A stretch of DNA of 64,000 nucleotides from Macrostomum lignano (Eukaryota): contig NIVC01000625.1 in NCBI GenBank assembly GCA_002269645.1, forward strand, positions 124,001 to 188,000. Direction: 5' to 3'. Below, in pieces: positions 11,480 through 26,170 of the stretch. The translations under genes were made by a program, and so were the position numbers. The notes under the pieces are model-generated. The model worked only from the letters and a program-made list of their open reading frames with translations. It did no database searches and was not told where the DNA came from. The first letter of the stretch is position 1; each line of letters starts with the position of its first letter.

Positions 11480-13154
11480 ATAGGAAAGGCTAGGCTTATG
11501 AAAACAAATCCTTTGCATTTAGACTTAAATAGCCCCCCTCTAAGAGTTTGTACAAAGGCATCATTCATCAAGCAAGCCTTTTTTAAATTAAAATATACTA
11601 AACAGACTAAGCTTGCTTTGCCTTTGTTGGGCTCCTATCCTATGCTATGAGATCTATAGTAAAAAATATTTGGAACCATTGCTAAATAAATATTTAATGT
11701 TATGTTATTAAGACAGATTACTAGATTAGTAACTAACAATTAAACTGAAATTTCTAATTTAATGTAATATATGGAGGGCTAATCTTTAGTTCCAATTTTC
11801 CAAGATAGGCCCTAGGCTTAGACATAAGTATGAGCATGACACTATTCATCAAATTAAATAGTTGGCCCTAGAAAGAAATGTTTTTATATTTAAAGATTTC
11901 TAAAATTAATCGGCTACTGGTCACATAGATAGAGACAACTCATTTCAGTGGGGTTTAGCTGTTAAAACCTTTTGTAGGGTCTAATATAAAATAATTATTT
12001 AAAATTAATAATAGATAGTCGGGACTAAATAAAGCAAGTGACTGCCAATTTAATTTATAAACTTCACAAGTCTAAATAGAAAATAAATGTCAATGATATC
12101 TCGAAAAGAAATTCCATGATGCAATTAAATAATTTAGGACAATGAAAAAACACAAATCAATACCTATTGAAACATAATAATTCAATTAAGGAAAAGAAGT
12201 CCCCGGATAATTCATGGAAGAACGAGCGAAGTAGCAGACAAGACAAATACAACAAGGTACCAAACTTGGCCCTAACGCAAGTCCAAAACGAAATTTTAAA
12301 CGCGGCAGCTCCACGGCAGTTCCACGGCAGTTCCACGGCTAGTCCGTATGCATTCTCTTTCTGTGTCATGGAAAAACCCTTGGCAAGCCTGGATATACTC
12401 GTCAGTAGTGAAGAGTGAAATAAAAAATTCTGAATATTGAGGGTGGCAGAAATAAGAAATGTTGAAATTTTCATCGTTTTAACAGCTAAATGAACTTGAA
12501 GAGCAGATCGCAGTTGCTTTCTAATTCTACACAGTTTTTTAACCGCTTTATGGGCATCTTTGCAACCTGAGAGAATCTTGGAGGTTGGAGAGGGAGCCCA
12601 ATAACTGGGGATCTAAAGACTGTGGGCCCAGCCTGAGCATCTGGGAGGAGTCATATCGAAATTGTCTCACAAAAATCCTAAATCCATTATTCCCTTTTTA
12701 GTGTGAAGTGACAAGAAAAATGCCAGGAAGAAGTCTTCATATTTTTATCTCTTCAATGAGTAGTGACACATGCTTTTACATTGTATTATAATTTGAGGTA
12801 ATTTACAAAGCCCTTTAAATATTCATATCGATGGCAGGGTATTGGATGCACAAACACAAGATCAGAGTATAATGACATGTATAAAAAACTATAAACTGAC
12901 GTATACAAGCGTATGCTGTTGAGGCTACTAAACTATGAAGACTATCGGGGATAATATACATGGTTTTAGTACAAACAGTGTAAGATTTTAGTAGCTATAT
13001 GGATATAGTGTATACCAGCGCAAGTGAACAAGAAGAGCAAACATATGGAATTTTAAACAGTTGTGATGAGGCAAGAACTATTAAGTGGCTAAATTAGTCA
13101 AGTAGCAGTTAAGCTGCACAGCTCAGTTTGCACTGGGGCAAACCGTGCAGCTTA

Positions 13155-14498
13155 TCAACCTTCTTTAACTTCTTTGAAGGCTTGAAGCAGAGTTTCCCTG
13201 CTCACGTGATGGCCATGGGCTCCCCAGATGCTCAGGGCGGCTCTGAGGGGCCGCTCAGAAAGGGTTGCTAATCCAGTGTGATCTGGCAGACGATCATCAA
13301 GAATGCGGAAGAGTGCGCTGAAGAATGCCGAAGTCTTGCCAGTGCTCAACAGTTGGTCCTCCAGACTCGCTAAGTCCATCTCAGAGAGCTCACTGCCCCG
13401 TTGAGGTTCAGCCGAGGCGACACTCGGCGCACTGAGAGACGACACACCGCTGTCAATGGAGCGCACCTGCCCCAACCCGCAATTTGTCAGCCACGATTCG
13501 GCTTTGACCATCGGCGGGACGGCATCGCAACTCGAGTCCGGGTTGTCTTCCTCAGCCTCAGCGATCTCCATGTCTTCTGAGTGCTCGGACTGAAGCAGCT
13601 CCTTGAGCTCCGGTCGGTCGGCGGCGAGCTCCTCGGCCGTGACGCCGTCGCTGTCCTCCTCCAGCGGGTCGGCACCGCTGTCCAGCAGGAACCTGACCGC
13701 CCGAGCGGCCCCGGCACTCACAGCTGACATCAGCGGTGTCCACCGCTTGCCGCGGTGCTGCCTCTCGTCCAGGTTTACGCTGATGCCGGCATCTCTGGCG
13801 AACTGCAGCAGCGGGCTCAGCATGTCCTCCCTGTCCCGAGCTGCCATCATGTGAAGCACCGTGTCACCCGCCCGGTCATTCATGTGGATGGCGGCAGACA
13901 CCTGTCCCGCTGCGAGCCGGCCCTCCTCGATCAGCCTCTTTGTAACCCGCAGACCGGAGACGAGCACCTCCGTGGACTCCTCCAGCGCGCAGTGGTGCAG
14001 GAAGTTCCTACCGTCGTTGTCGTACAGTCGGTGAAGCTGGGTCGGCTCCCGGATCAGCAGGCGCTCCATCAGGCTGTCGGCTGAGCTGCCGCTCTGCGTG
14101 CTGAGCATGAGCAGACTTTCTCGATGGCGAGTCCGATCGTCAAGGGCGTCGGGGTTTCGCTTGACCGCAATGTCCACCAGCTTCTCGGCCCGCTCGCCCT
14201 GCTGCCTCGCCAGCGCGGACGCCATCGGGTTGTCGCCATCGCTGTTGTGGACTCTCAGCATCTCGGAGCTGTCCTCGAACGCCTTCAGGAGGATGTCCTC
14301 ACAGTTGTCGCCCTCGCTGTACTGGTGCATCGCTGTAGCCAGGATTCTGGGGTACTCGAGCAGCAGGCGGCGCTGCATGTCCTGCGGCAGGGAGCGAAAC
14401 CTCAGCGATTCCGGAGTCTCAGGAGCTGGACCATCAGCTCCCAGACTTAACTGCTGCATTTGTTCGTCAACTGGTTCCACGTGAGGCATGCTGCGCAT
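13155..14498 (-). CDS. Ankyrin-repeat protein with DSGxxS motif and C-terminal death-fold-like domain, paralog B
   Basis: 447-aa ORF. 289 codons give the same protein as paralog A. DSGVSS at 13437-13454. Tail contains P-x-x-A-L-x-x-W...vs.e.LlqAf.ev, resembling death-domain helices 4-5. A TAG acceptor at 14508-14510 lies just upstream of the ATG. Confidence 0.8.
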   Translation of the reverse strand: MRSMPHVEPVDEQMQQLSLGADGPAPETPESLRFRSLPQDMQRRLLLEYPRILATAMHQYSEGDNCEDILLKAFEDSSEMLRVHNSDGDNPMASALARQQGERAEKLVDIAVKRNPDALDDRTRHRESLLMLSTQSGSSADSLMERLLIREPTQLHRLYDNDGRNFLHHCALEESTEVLVSGLRVTKRLIEEGRLAAGQVSAAIHMNDRAGDTVLHMMAARDREDMLSPLLQFARDAGISVNLDERQHRGKRWTPLMSAVSAGAARAVRFLLDSGADPLEEDSDGVTAEELAADRPELKELLQSEHSEDMEIAEAEEDNPDSSCDAVPPMVKAESWLTNCGLGQVRSIDSGVSSLSAPSVASAEPQRGSELSEMDLASLEDQLLSTGKTSAFFSALFRILDDRLPDHTGLATLSERPLRAALSIWGAHGHHVSRETLLQAFKEVKEG

Positions 14499-14859
14499 TG
14501 CTTGGGCCTAACGCTTTGCTTGTTGTAGATATATGAGCAGATTATAATTTAGTTCCAGGTTCAAAGCCTGCAAGCGTATTATAAATATACCCAGGTTAGA
14601 ATTCTTGCCCGCGGCCGTTCTTTTGGTAACCCGCGAGCAATCCACGGATTCGTCTGAACGATGCTATTTTTAGCACTGGCATAATATGGAACCGCGTAAA
14701 GCGAACGTACTTTGACAGGCACACAATGTGGACCAGAATTTGCTATGCTTTTACTTTAAATTCACTGTCTAAGCTCTAAGCTATTTAATAATTGCTTCTT
14801 CAAGACTATAACCACTGCTAATGCTCAATGTCCAAAAACTGTTTTCTTTAGACCAATTC

Positions 14860-16700
14860 ACTGCTTCCCTCAGTCCAGCCCGCTGTTCCCCCAGTCCAAC
14901 CCGCTGTTCCCTCAGTCAAACCCACTGTTCCCTCAGTCCAGCCCGCTGTTCCCTCAGTCCAGCCCGCTGTTCCCTCAGTCCAACCCACTGTTCCCTCAGT
15001 CCAGCCCGCTGTTCCCTCCGTCCAACCCACAGTTCTCTCAGTCCAGCCCGCTGTTCCCTCAGTCCAACCCGTTGTTCCCTCAGTCCAACCCACAGTTCCC
15101 TCAGTCCAGCCCGCTGTTCCCTCAGTCCAACCCGTTGTTCCCTTAGTCCAACCCACTGTTCCCTCAATCCAGCCCGCTGTTCCCTCAGTCCAACCCGTTG
15201 TTCCCTCAGTCCAACCCACAGTTCCCTCAGTCCAACCCACTGTTCCCTCAGTCCAGCCCGCTGTTCCCTCAGTCCAGCCCGCTGTTCCCTCAGTCCAACC
15301 CACTGTTCCCTCAGTCCAGCCCGCTGTTCCCTCAGTCCAACCCACAGTTCTCTCAGTCCAGCCCGCTGTTCCCTCAGTCCAACCCGTTGTTCCCTCAGTC
15401 CAACCCACAGTTCCCTCAGTCCAGCCCGCTGTTCCCTCAGTCCAACCCGTTGTTCCCTTAGTCCAACCCACTGTTCCCTCAATCCAGCCCGCTGTTCCCT
15501 CAGTCCAACCCGTTGTTCCCTCAGTCCAACCCACAGTTCCCTCAGTCCAACCCACTGTTCCCTCAGTCCAGCCCGTTGTTTCCTCAGTCCAACCCACTGT
15601 TCCCTCAATCCAGCCCGCTGTTCCCTCAGTCCAACCCACTGTTCCCTCAGTCCAGCCCGCTGTTCCCTCAGTCCAACCCACTGTTCCCTCAGTCCAGCCC
15701 GCTGTTCCCTCAGTCCAGCCCGCTGTTCCCTCAGTCCAACCCACAGTTCTCTCAGTCCAGCCCGCTGTTCCCTCAGTCCAACCCGTTGTTCCCTCAGTCC
15801 AACCCACAGTTCCCTCAGTCCAGCCCGCTGTTCCCTCAGTCCAACCCACAGTTCTCTCAGTCCAGCCCGCTGTTCCCTCAGTCCAACCCGTTGTTCCCTT
15901 AGTCCAACCCACTGTTCCCTCAATCCAGCCCGCTGTTCCCTCAGTCCAACCCGTTGTTCCCTCAGTCCAACCCACAGTTCCCTCAGTCCAACCCACTGTT
16001 CCCTCAGTCCAGCCCGTTGTTTCCTCAGTCCAACCCACTGTTCCCTCAATCCAGCCCGCTGTTCCCTCAGTCCAACCCACTGTTCCCTCAGTCCAGCCCG
16101 CTGTTCCCTCAGTCCAACCCACTGTTCCCTCAGTCCAGCCCGCTGTTCCCTCAGTCCAGCCCGCTGTTCCCTCAGTCCAACCCACAGTTCTCTCAGTCCA
16201 GCCCGCTGTTCCCTCAGTCCAACCCGTTGTTCCCTCAGTCCAACCCACAGTTCCCTCAGTCCAGCCCGCTGTTCCCTCAGTCCAACCCACAGTTCCCTCA
16301 GTCCAGCCCGCTGTTCCCTCAGTCCAGCCCGCTGTTCCCTCAGTCCAGCCCGCTGTTCCCTCAGTCCAACCCGCTGTCCCAGTCCCACCTGCTGTCTTCA
16401 CAAGGTCAACCCACTGTTTCTCCAAGGTCAACCCACTGTTTCCACAAGGCCAATCGACTGTTTCCCCAAGGCCAACCCACTAGTCTAACCCACTGTTTTC
16501 CCAAGGTCGATCCACTGTTTCACCAAGGCTAACCCACTTTCCGCAAGACCAACTCAAAAGCCAACCCACTGTTTACCCAAGGCCAACCCACTGTTTCCCC
16601 AAGACCAACTCAAAAGCCAACCCACTGTTTACCCAAGGCCAACCCACTGTTTTCCCAAGGCCGACATACTGTGTTATCAAGACCAACCCTCGTTTCTCAG
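14860..16700. repeat. 21-bp minisatellite (CTGTTCCCTCAGTCCA(G/A)CCC(G/A)) with a degenerate CCAAGGCCAACCCACTGTTT tail
   Basis: About 72 units to about 16390, then a decayed related array; source of ORFs at 14821-16532. Confidence 0.95.
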
Positions 16701-17222
16701 TGTCCAACCCACTTTTTTCCTGAGGCCAAACATGGGGTCATTGCCAACGGCCACAAACTGCTGCTTGCAGGTTTTTTATAAACTCTTGTTTCTTCTAGCA
16801 AGGACAGTGCTTAAAAGGCCCGAGGCTGTATTGTTAACAAAGCACTGATGTCGCAACTAAACGAGCCCTACTGATTCTACTGCTAGCAATTTCAATTTCC
16901 TTCTCCAACAGCTCCAAGGCAGCCAATGAGTGGCAGCTGGAGAAAGCAGGCCGCACTCTCACCTGCCCCAGCTCTCCACCTTTCTATCCCTTGCATTGGC
17001 GAGTGTACGGCAGATCCAGCTATTACTTGGCCTCACCCTCAACTCTCTGAAGCTTAAAGCTTGGGTGGAAGCTACGGCCGCGTACGCTCATCAGGCCAAG
17101 TGTACAGCCGTAGCTGAAGCCGTACCAGCTCACTTTCCCGGGCAGAGACGGCCAGAGTTGGGCGCGAGCTACCAGCCTAGCGCACTGTCAGTCAGCCGGG
17201 CGCAATCCATGCCATCCCGGAC

Positions 17223-20123
<2,901 letters not shown>

Positions 20124-22556
20124 CTGACCTACAAATCGGTTCCGTGCATAGTCATAGAGTTTTTGTACTTTTCCTGAATGCTAAGATTTTTGCAGCTCTG
20201 GTTGCATTTACTCTACTGAAGTCTTTGTATCAGCTGCTTGTGCTGCCAGTCAATGTCCAACTACAAGTCTTTGTGCAACTAAAAATGATGTTACGTGTTT
20301 ATTTAGCAATTCTGTGCTATCTACGAGCTACTAATGGTGTTTCTGTCTACTTAGTATAGGAAGTCTTTGTGCTGGCTACTCGTTTATGTTGTGTGTCCTT
20401 TTGGGAAGTTTTTGCACCATTCGAAGTCATGCAAGTTCACGTGATCTCATAAGGTCATGCAAGCTTTCGCGATCTCGCGCGGAGTCATCCAAGATCACGG
20501 AAGGTCGGTGTTGACCTTCCCATAAATCAAGAGAGCCCGTGTCGAATTTCTTGAGATTTTCATTGCTTTCCTTTGTCACAATTCTGTAATCCCGCATCCC
20601 GAGCTGAAGCGCTCAAGCATTTTCCTTGAGATTCCCCGCCTCTCTCCAGTCTCTTCGCCTCCCTAATCAATTTTCAGTTGCCAGCCTTCGCTTTTAATCC
20701 GGCTCAGCCGAGACGCGAAGGATAATCCAGGTAAAACAAAAATGTAGCTTTCCAGGAATTCTCGCCCGGTCCAAAACCGGCGCTTTTTTGCGCTGCAGCC
20801 GCAGCCTCCGAAGCTTAAAAGCCCCCCTCTTCCTGTGTTGACTTCGGTTTCAAGCTTGCCAAGGAAACCCAAGCGGAATATGAGCGATCGAATGCCTGCA
20901 ATTTCACCACTTGCTTTGGATACTGAACTAGCTATCAATTCTGCTCCTTCATCTATTCATGCTAAAAGAATAAAGCTAGTAGTTGATTTTGACTCCCTTC
21001 CGTACACTTGGAATGCTCCCTAAATAAGAGAGTTTTTATCTGTTTGGAATTAATAATTTACCGGAACCAAGTACAATACGATATCCATTCGTGACATATT
21101 GTAAATTTTGGGTAGCAAAACCTTGAACTATTTGTGGTCTTTCTGTGTTCCAAAACAGAAACTGCTTCAACTGACTTTCGCCTTGTACTCACTCTGTCGG
21201 GGCGGAGAGCAATGCAAGTCAGCAGCATTTGAGACCGCCGAGTTGTTTAACGAATCCTTCGAGAAGACCGGATTTTATGCAAAAAAATCTAGGATTTTTC
21301 ACATTTAGTCTTTACTGAATAACGGGTCCTCTCTTGAGTCCGCATGCGTGCGAATTTTGCTTCCAAAGCACCGGAGATTTACTTGCAGGGCTCTGCATGG
21401 AAAGAAATCTGGCCAAGACCAATGAGGTCCAACCTATACGATACCAGGAGTGCTCAGGAGTGCTCAGGACTGCTTGTCCCGACGCTGGCACGGTCGGCTG
21501 TCGCTCCGAAATGCGGCAGAGACCAGAGCCGCATGCGAGCTGACTGGCGGGAAGATTTCAATCAAAGTGAAGCAACACTTCTACGTAACAACATCGAGCA
21601 ACCCAAAGGAGAGCCTTTGAGTAATTTATTGAGGCTGCGTGAGCAGAGAAATCAGGAAATTGCGTCTCGTATTCGAATTTTCTTTCCACAGCGGTGTAGC
21701 CAAGCAAAGGCCGACTTTCTTCCGACTTTGCCGGAAATTCGAATTCGAAGCTCCACAAGCGTCAAGTCCTGCGAGCAAATCAAAATGATACCGCTTTGAT
21801 ACATCTTCTCTCTCCCCCCGTTTCTTTAATTTTCCATTGCTACTGTGCTGCCGGCAAGGATAATTATCCTCAGATTATAATCTTCAGAGTGGCTCTGACG
21901 AAAGTAACATTCAAGGACAAATATTTCTTTTTAATTAAAATTCTAGCCCACAGAAAAATAATTCAGTAAAACACCGTGCAGACTCACGGCTGTACTTTTC
22001 AACTTTCGACATTTTCGCCTATTGAATATATAAACTATGGGGCTTCAGCTGTTTGGGCAGCAAAACACGGCGGGATTGATGTTGCCTGCCAGCTGGAGTC
22101 GCCAACGGCGGCGCGAAAGCCGTTGAAGGCGTCAAAACTTTCTATTCGAAGGAGTTCCAGCTGAATCTCAAGAAGGATGGAGCAGGACGATCTCGACAGC
22201 CTAGAGAACAAAACGAGTCCATATGGACTATTTAGTGTTATGGATAGGCTGAAGCGCGGACGCACAGCGCTGCATCATGTCCGCGTATAAAGCTTGAAGC
22301 CTTCTTCTCCTGGTGGGTGGGGTAGAAAATCGGATTCAAAAAGTTTTACAGTTTCAGAATTAACCAGTGTTTCCCTGGCAATCAACACTAGAACCAGAGG
22401 AAGATATTAGCGGCTTAGATAATGAGTGAGATTGAGTTTGTGCAGCAATTGGGACACCGTGATCCTGGTGAAGATGTTAATCAGTGGACTGGTCTGAGCG
22501 TAAGACAGCGCCGTCCTTGCATGTTACTTTAGTCAGAGCTACTCAGAAGATTATCC

Positions 22557-22877
22557 GTGCAGGCAGTTGTCGCTGCAGGCAGTTGTCGCTGCAGACAGTT
22601 GTCGCTGCAGGCAGTTGTCGCTGCAGGCAGTTGTCGCTGCAGGCAGTTGTCGCTGCAGGCAGTTGTCGCTGCAGGCAGTTGTCGCTGCAGGCAGTTGTCG
22701 CTGCAGGCAGTTGTCGCTGCAGGCAGTTGTCGCTGCAGGCAGTTGTCGCTGCAGGCAGTTGTCGCTGCAGGCAGTTGTCGCTGCAGGCAGTTGTCGCTGC
22801 AGGCAGTTGTCGCTGCAGGCAGTTGTCGCTGCAGGCAGTTGTCGCTGCAGGCAGTTGTCGCTGCAGGCAGTTGTCGC
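22557..22877. repeat. 16-bp minisatellite (GCAGGCAGTTGTCGCT)
   Basis: About 20 nearly perfect units. Confidence 0.95.
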
Positions 22878-24035
22878 TTGGCTCGTGTGCTTGGCTCTCG
22901 CAGTGAAATATGCTATGGAAAAAAGTGATCATAGTTTGCCCATGCTTAAATCAGTCGTGAGCAGATTTGCTTTGACCTTAGACAGTGATGTCAGTGAATG
23001 GCAAACAAATGTAGGGCGTTTTAATCGCGTTGAATCACCAAAATCACCATACTTTACATTGCAAATCCTTTTTGTACTTCATGAAGCCAAGTCTCCAAAC
23101 CAATGGACCCAAATTCTCAAATTGTTTGCTCTATAGACCCACATTTTGAGCCATAGCCAATGAAAAGCCATTCTTCAACTGCTTTATTCTCCCACACCAA
23201 GGATTGGATTGCCTGCTCTAAGGCTCAATTGGCTTGGAAAGTGCTTATGTTATGCTTGAAGCACACTGAAAACTATATATTTTCAAGAATAGGCCGTGAA
23301 TTTCTCAACATTCTACTGTGCAAAATACACACAGTAGCCTGTTAAGCGCATACTCAGCGAAATTAGTCGGGCGGATAAAAGTCCACTGCTGCTGCCGTGC
23401 AAGGAGAATGGGGGCAGGGGTGGCGGCTGGAACCGGTTCCGAGCCGGTCCGGGGGGGGCTGAGTACGCTGTCAAAGACCCGCGCGCAGAGAGGGAGGGGG
23501 TGGTCGGCCAAAGCCAGTCGGGGCCGGTCCGGGGCCGCCCCCACCCCCCCAAAATCTTATTTAGGAAGGCGGCGCCCCACCCCCTCGCGCCCGGGAGGGA
23601 GAGAGCGAGAGGGCGTACAAGCGAGGCCAGCACGACACGAGGCATTAGAGAACGCTGGCCAACCAAAATTCCCTGCATAGTGTAAGTTGCACGCAGTGCA
23701 TCCTGTTGTTACCGATTCAATCTGATCACATTTTTTATTATTAATTCAACTTTTGATCAAATTTATGCATGACTAAGGCACCTTTATATTATGACCCGTA
23801 ATTTAGTATTAAATATTTGTACGTTTTATTATGAAGCGATAATTAATAATTAATCAGCATAAAAATTGTTCACTTTTCTTTTATAATGCTTTAATAATGA
23901 CTCCAAAGCCTTGTTGCACTTGAAAACAGACTTTAAACAGCATTACGAGTTACTCGCATTCCCTGCCGCCTGCATCGCTGACTCCCAAAGACGCCAAAAT
24001 AATCCCCAAGCACCGCCGCTCCGCAGCCGCTGACC

Positions 24036-25433
24036 ATGGCGCTGCTCCCAGACCTCCGCTCCGGCCCGCTGCTGGACGTCGAGGAATTTCAAATTGACAG
24101 CGACAGCGAGAACGGCGACGCCGACGTCCCGACGCCCTGCGCGACGCCCACCGGGGAGGAGGGCGAGGCGGCAGCTGAGCCTCGCCGAGGCCTCCTGGGC
24201 CGCATCGCCTTCCTGGAGGCGGAGGCCGAGAAGCTCATTGAGCACAGCCGCGGCTGCCGCGGCCACGCTGATGAGATGCAGTCCCTGCTGGCCCGGCTGC
24301 ACGACCAGAAGGCCGCCCTGCAGCGCCTGCTGGGAGCCGGCGACGCTGGTCCCGAGCTCGATTCCTGGGAGGAACCCTGCGACCTGACCGAGCACACGGC
24401 TCGGGCCTACCTGCAGTGGCTGCGCCGCCTGCTGCACGACCTGTCGCAGGCGGTGGACCAGGCGGCCAGCGGGGCCGTCCTCGCCTCCGCCAGTGCCGCA
24501 GGCGCCACCGCGCCCCGCCTGAGCGGCCGGCGTCGGCGAGACGCGCCCAGCCGGATCTTCCCGAACCTCGAGGCGCTGGACATCGCCGCTGTTGACAATG
24601 GATCCGGCGACGTCTTTCATCAGCCTGGCGAGGCCGGCGACTTGCGTGACTCGCCGGGCGAGGGCGGCACCGGCTGGGAGCCGCTGCCCCGCCAGGCGCT
24701 CTACTGTGTGGTTGGCGACGCCCGCCGCGTCACCGTCGTGGGCCTCGGTGGGCAGCTGCTAGCGCGGACGCGGCTGCGCGGCGGCGGCTGCGACGAGCAG
24801 GAGGCGGAGGCGGGCAGCAACCTGGAGCGGATCAACTATCTGCGCTGCTCCGGCCGGCTGCTCCTGTCGGACAACCAGAGCCTGTACATCTGCGACCGCT
24901 GCTGCCGCGTGCTCCGCTGCCTGCACGGCTTCAGCTGGGTTGTTGGGCACTGCGTTGACGAGCCGGCCGACCGGCTGTACATCGTGGACCGCGTCAACGA
25001 GTTCTTGTCCGTGTACGGCCTGGCCAGACTTGGGGAGCTCGACCGCCTCGCTCACCGCGACTTCACCGACGGCATCAGCTCGGTGACGGCCCTGGCCCGC
25101 ACTCTGTTCGTTGCCGATCGCGGCGCCAACGCCATCTTCGCCTTCGAGACCGAGTCGCTGCAGCTGGCCTTCCGGGTGCCGCTGCGAAGCCCGCTGTTCA
25201 TCACTTCAGACTGGCGCGGCGGCTGCCTCTACGTCACCGTGGGCGGCCGGGACAACACCGTGCGGATGCTGGACGGCCAGGGCCAGCTGCGCCGCTCCCT
25301 GTCCGGCGGCCGCGGCTCGCAGCCCGGACAGTTCGGCTCGCCTGGTGGCCTCACCGTCTCTCTGGACGGCACGGAGCTGTTCGTGTGCGACCTGGACAAC
25401 CGGAGGGTGCAGGTGTTCGGGCTGGGGGGCTGA
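24036..25433 (+). CDS. Coiled-coil + NHL-repeat beta-propeller protein, single exon, 465 aa
   Basis: GC-rich ORF with accATGG start. C-terminal NHL repeat GRGSQPGQFGSPGGLTVSLDGTELFVCDLDNRRVQVF and preceding blades (LYIVDRVN, LFVADRGANAIF, LYVTVGG); N-terminal heptad region RIAFLEAEAEKL...LARLHDQKAALQRLL. Confidence 0.85.
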   Translation: MALLPDLRSGPLLDVEEFQIDSDSENGDADVPTPCATPTGEEGEAAAEPRRGLLGRIAFLEAEAEKLIEHSRGCRGHADEMQSLLARLHDQKAALQRLLGAGDAGPELDSWEEPCDLTEHTARAYLQWLRRLLHDLSQAVDQAASGAVLASASAAGATAPRLSGRRRRDAPSRIFPNLEALDIAAVDNGSGDVFHQPGEAGDLRDSPGEGGTGWEPLPRQALYCVVGDARRVTVVGLGGQLLARTRLRGGGCDEQEAEAGSNLERINYLRCSGRLLLSDNQSLYICDRCCRVLRCLHGFSWVVGHCVDEPADRLYIVDRVNEFLSVYGLARLGELDRLAHRDFTDGISSVTALARTLFVADRGANAIFAFETESLQLAFRVPLRSPLFITSDWRGGCLYVTVGGRDNTVRMLDGQGQLRRSLSGGRGSQPGQFGSPGGLTVSLDGTELFVCDLDNRRVQVFGLGG

Positions 25434-25512
25434 GCTGATCGCGTGCGACCTGAGGCTGGGTCTGTGTGCGACTGGCTTGTGGGACTGGGAATTCGTTCAG
25501 TTCCTGTAGATT

Positions 25513-26170
25513 GTCTAGATTAGCAATCCATTCTATTCCTGCACCCATGATAGGCTAGATTAGCAATCCATTCTATTCCTGCATCCATGATAGGCTAGAT
25601 TAGCAATCCATCCTATTCCTGCACCCATGACAGGCTAGATTAGCAATCCATTCTATTCCTGCATCCATGATAGGCTAGATTAGCAATCCATTCTATTCCT
25701 GCATCCATGATAGGCTAGATTAGCAATCCATTCTATTCCTGCATCCATGATAGGCTAGATTAGCAATCCATTCTATTTCTGCATCTATGATAGGCTAGAT
25801 TAGCAATCCATTCTATTCCTGCATCCATGATAGGCTAGATTAGCAATCCATCCTATTCCTGCACCCATGACAGGCTAGATTAGCAATCCATTCTATTCCT
25901 GCATCCATGATAGGCTAGATTAGCAATCCATTCTATTCCTGCATCCATGATAGGCTAGATTAGCAATCCATTCTATTCCTGCATCCATGATAGGCTAGAT
26001 TAGCAATCCATTCTATTCCTGCATCCATGATAGGCTAGATTAGCAATCCATTCTATTCCTGCACCCATGATAGGCTAGATTAGCAATCCATCCTACTCCT
26101 GCATCCATGATAGGCTAGATTAGCAATCCATTCTATTCCTGCACCCATGATAGGCTAGATTAGCAATCCA
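25513..26170. repeat. 40-bp minisatellite (TAGGCTAGATTAGCAATCCATTCTATTCCTGCATCCATGA), array 1
   Basis: About 16 units; same unit as 43307-44662. Confidence 0.95.

Noticed and set aside
14821-16532. 490-555 aa ORFs on both strands (SPARCSL, GWTEGTA, GLREQRA)
   Set aside because: Artefacts of the 21-bp minisatellite.
20400-21800. LTR- or promoter-like segment and the 151-aa ORF at 21344-21799
   Set aside because: No recognisable domain, splice partners or terminal repeats.
23300-23680. GC-rich island sharing TCGG(G/C)C(G/C)GATAAAAG with 58855-58870
   Set aside because: The match is too short to call a repeat or enhancer; could be regulatory but unsupported.
24015-24040. Spliced-leader trans-splice acceptors just upstream of several ATGs (NHL, small membrane gene, ankyrin B)
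   Set aside because: AG sites are present but cannot be told apart from cis 5' UTR introns or chance without cDNA.
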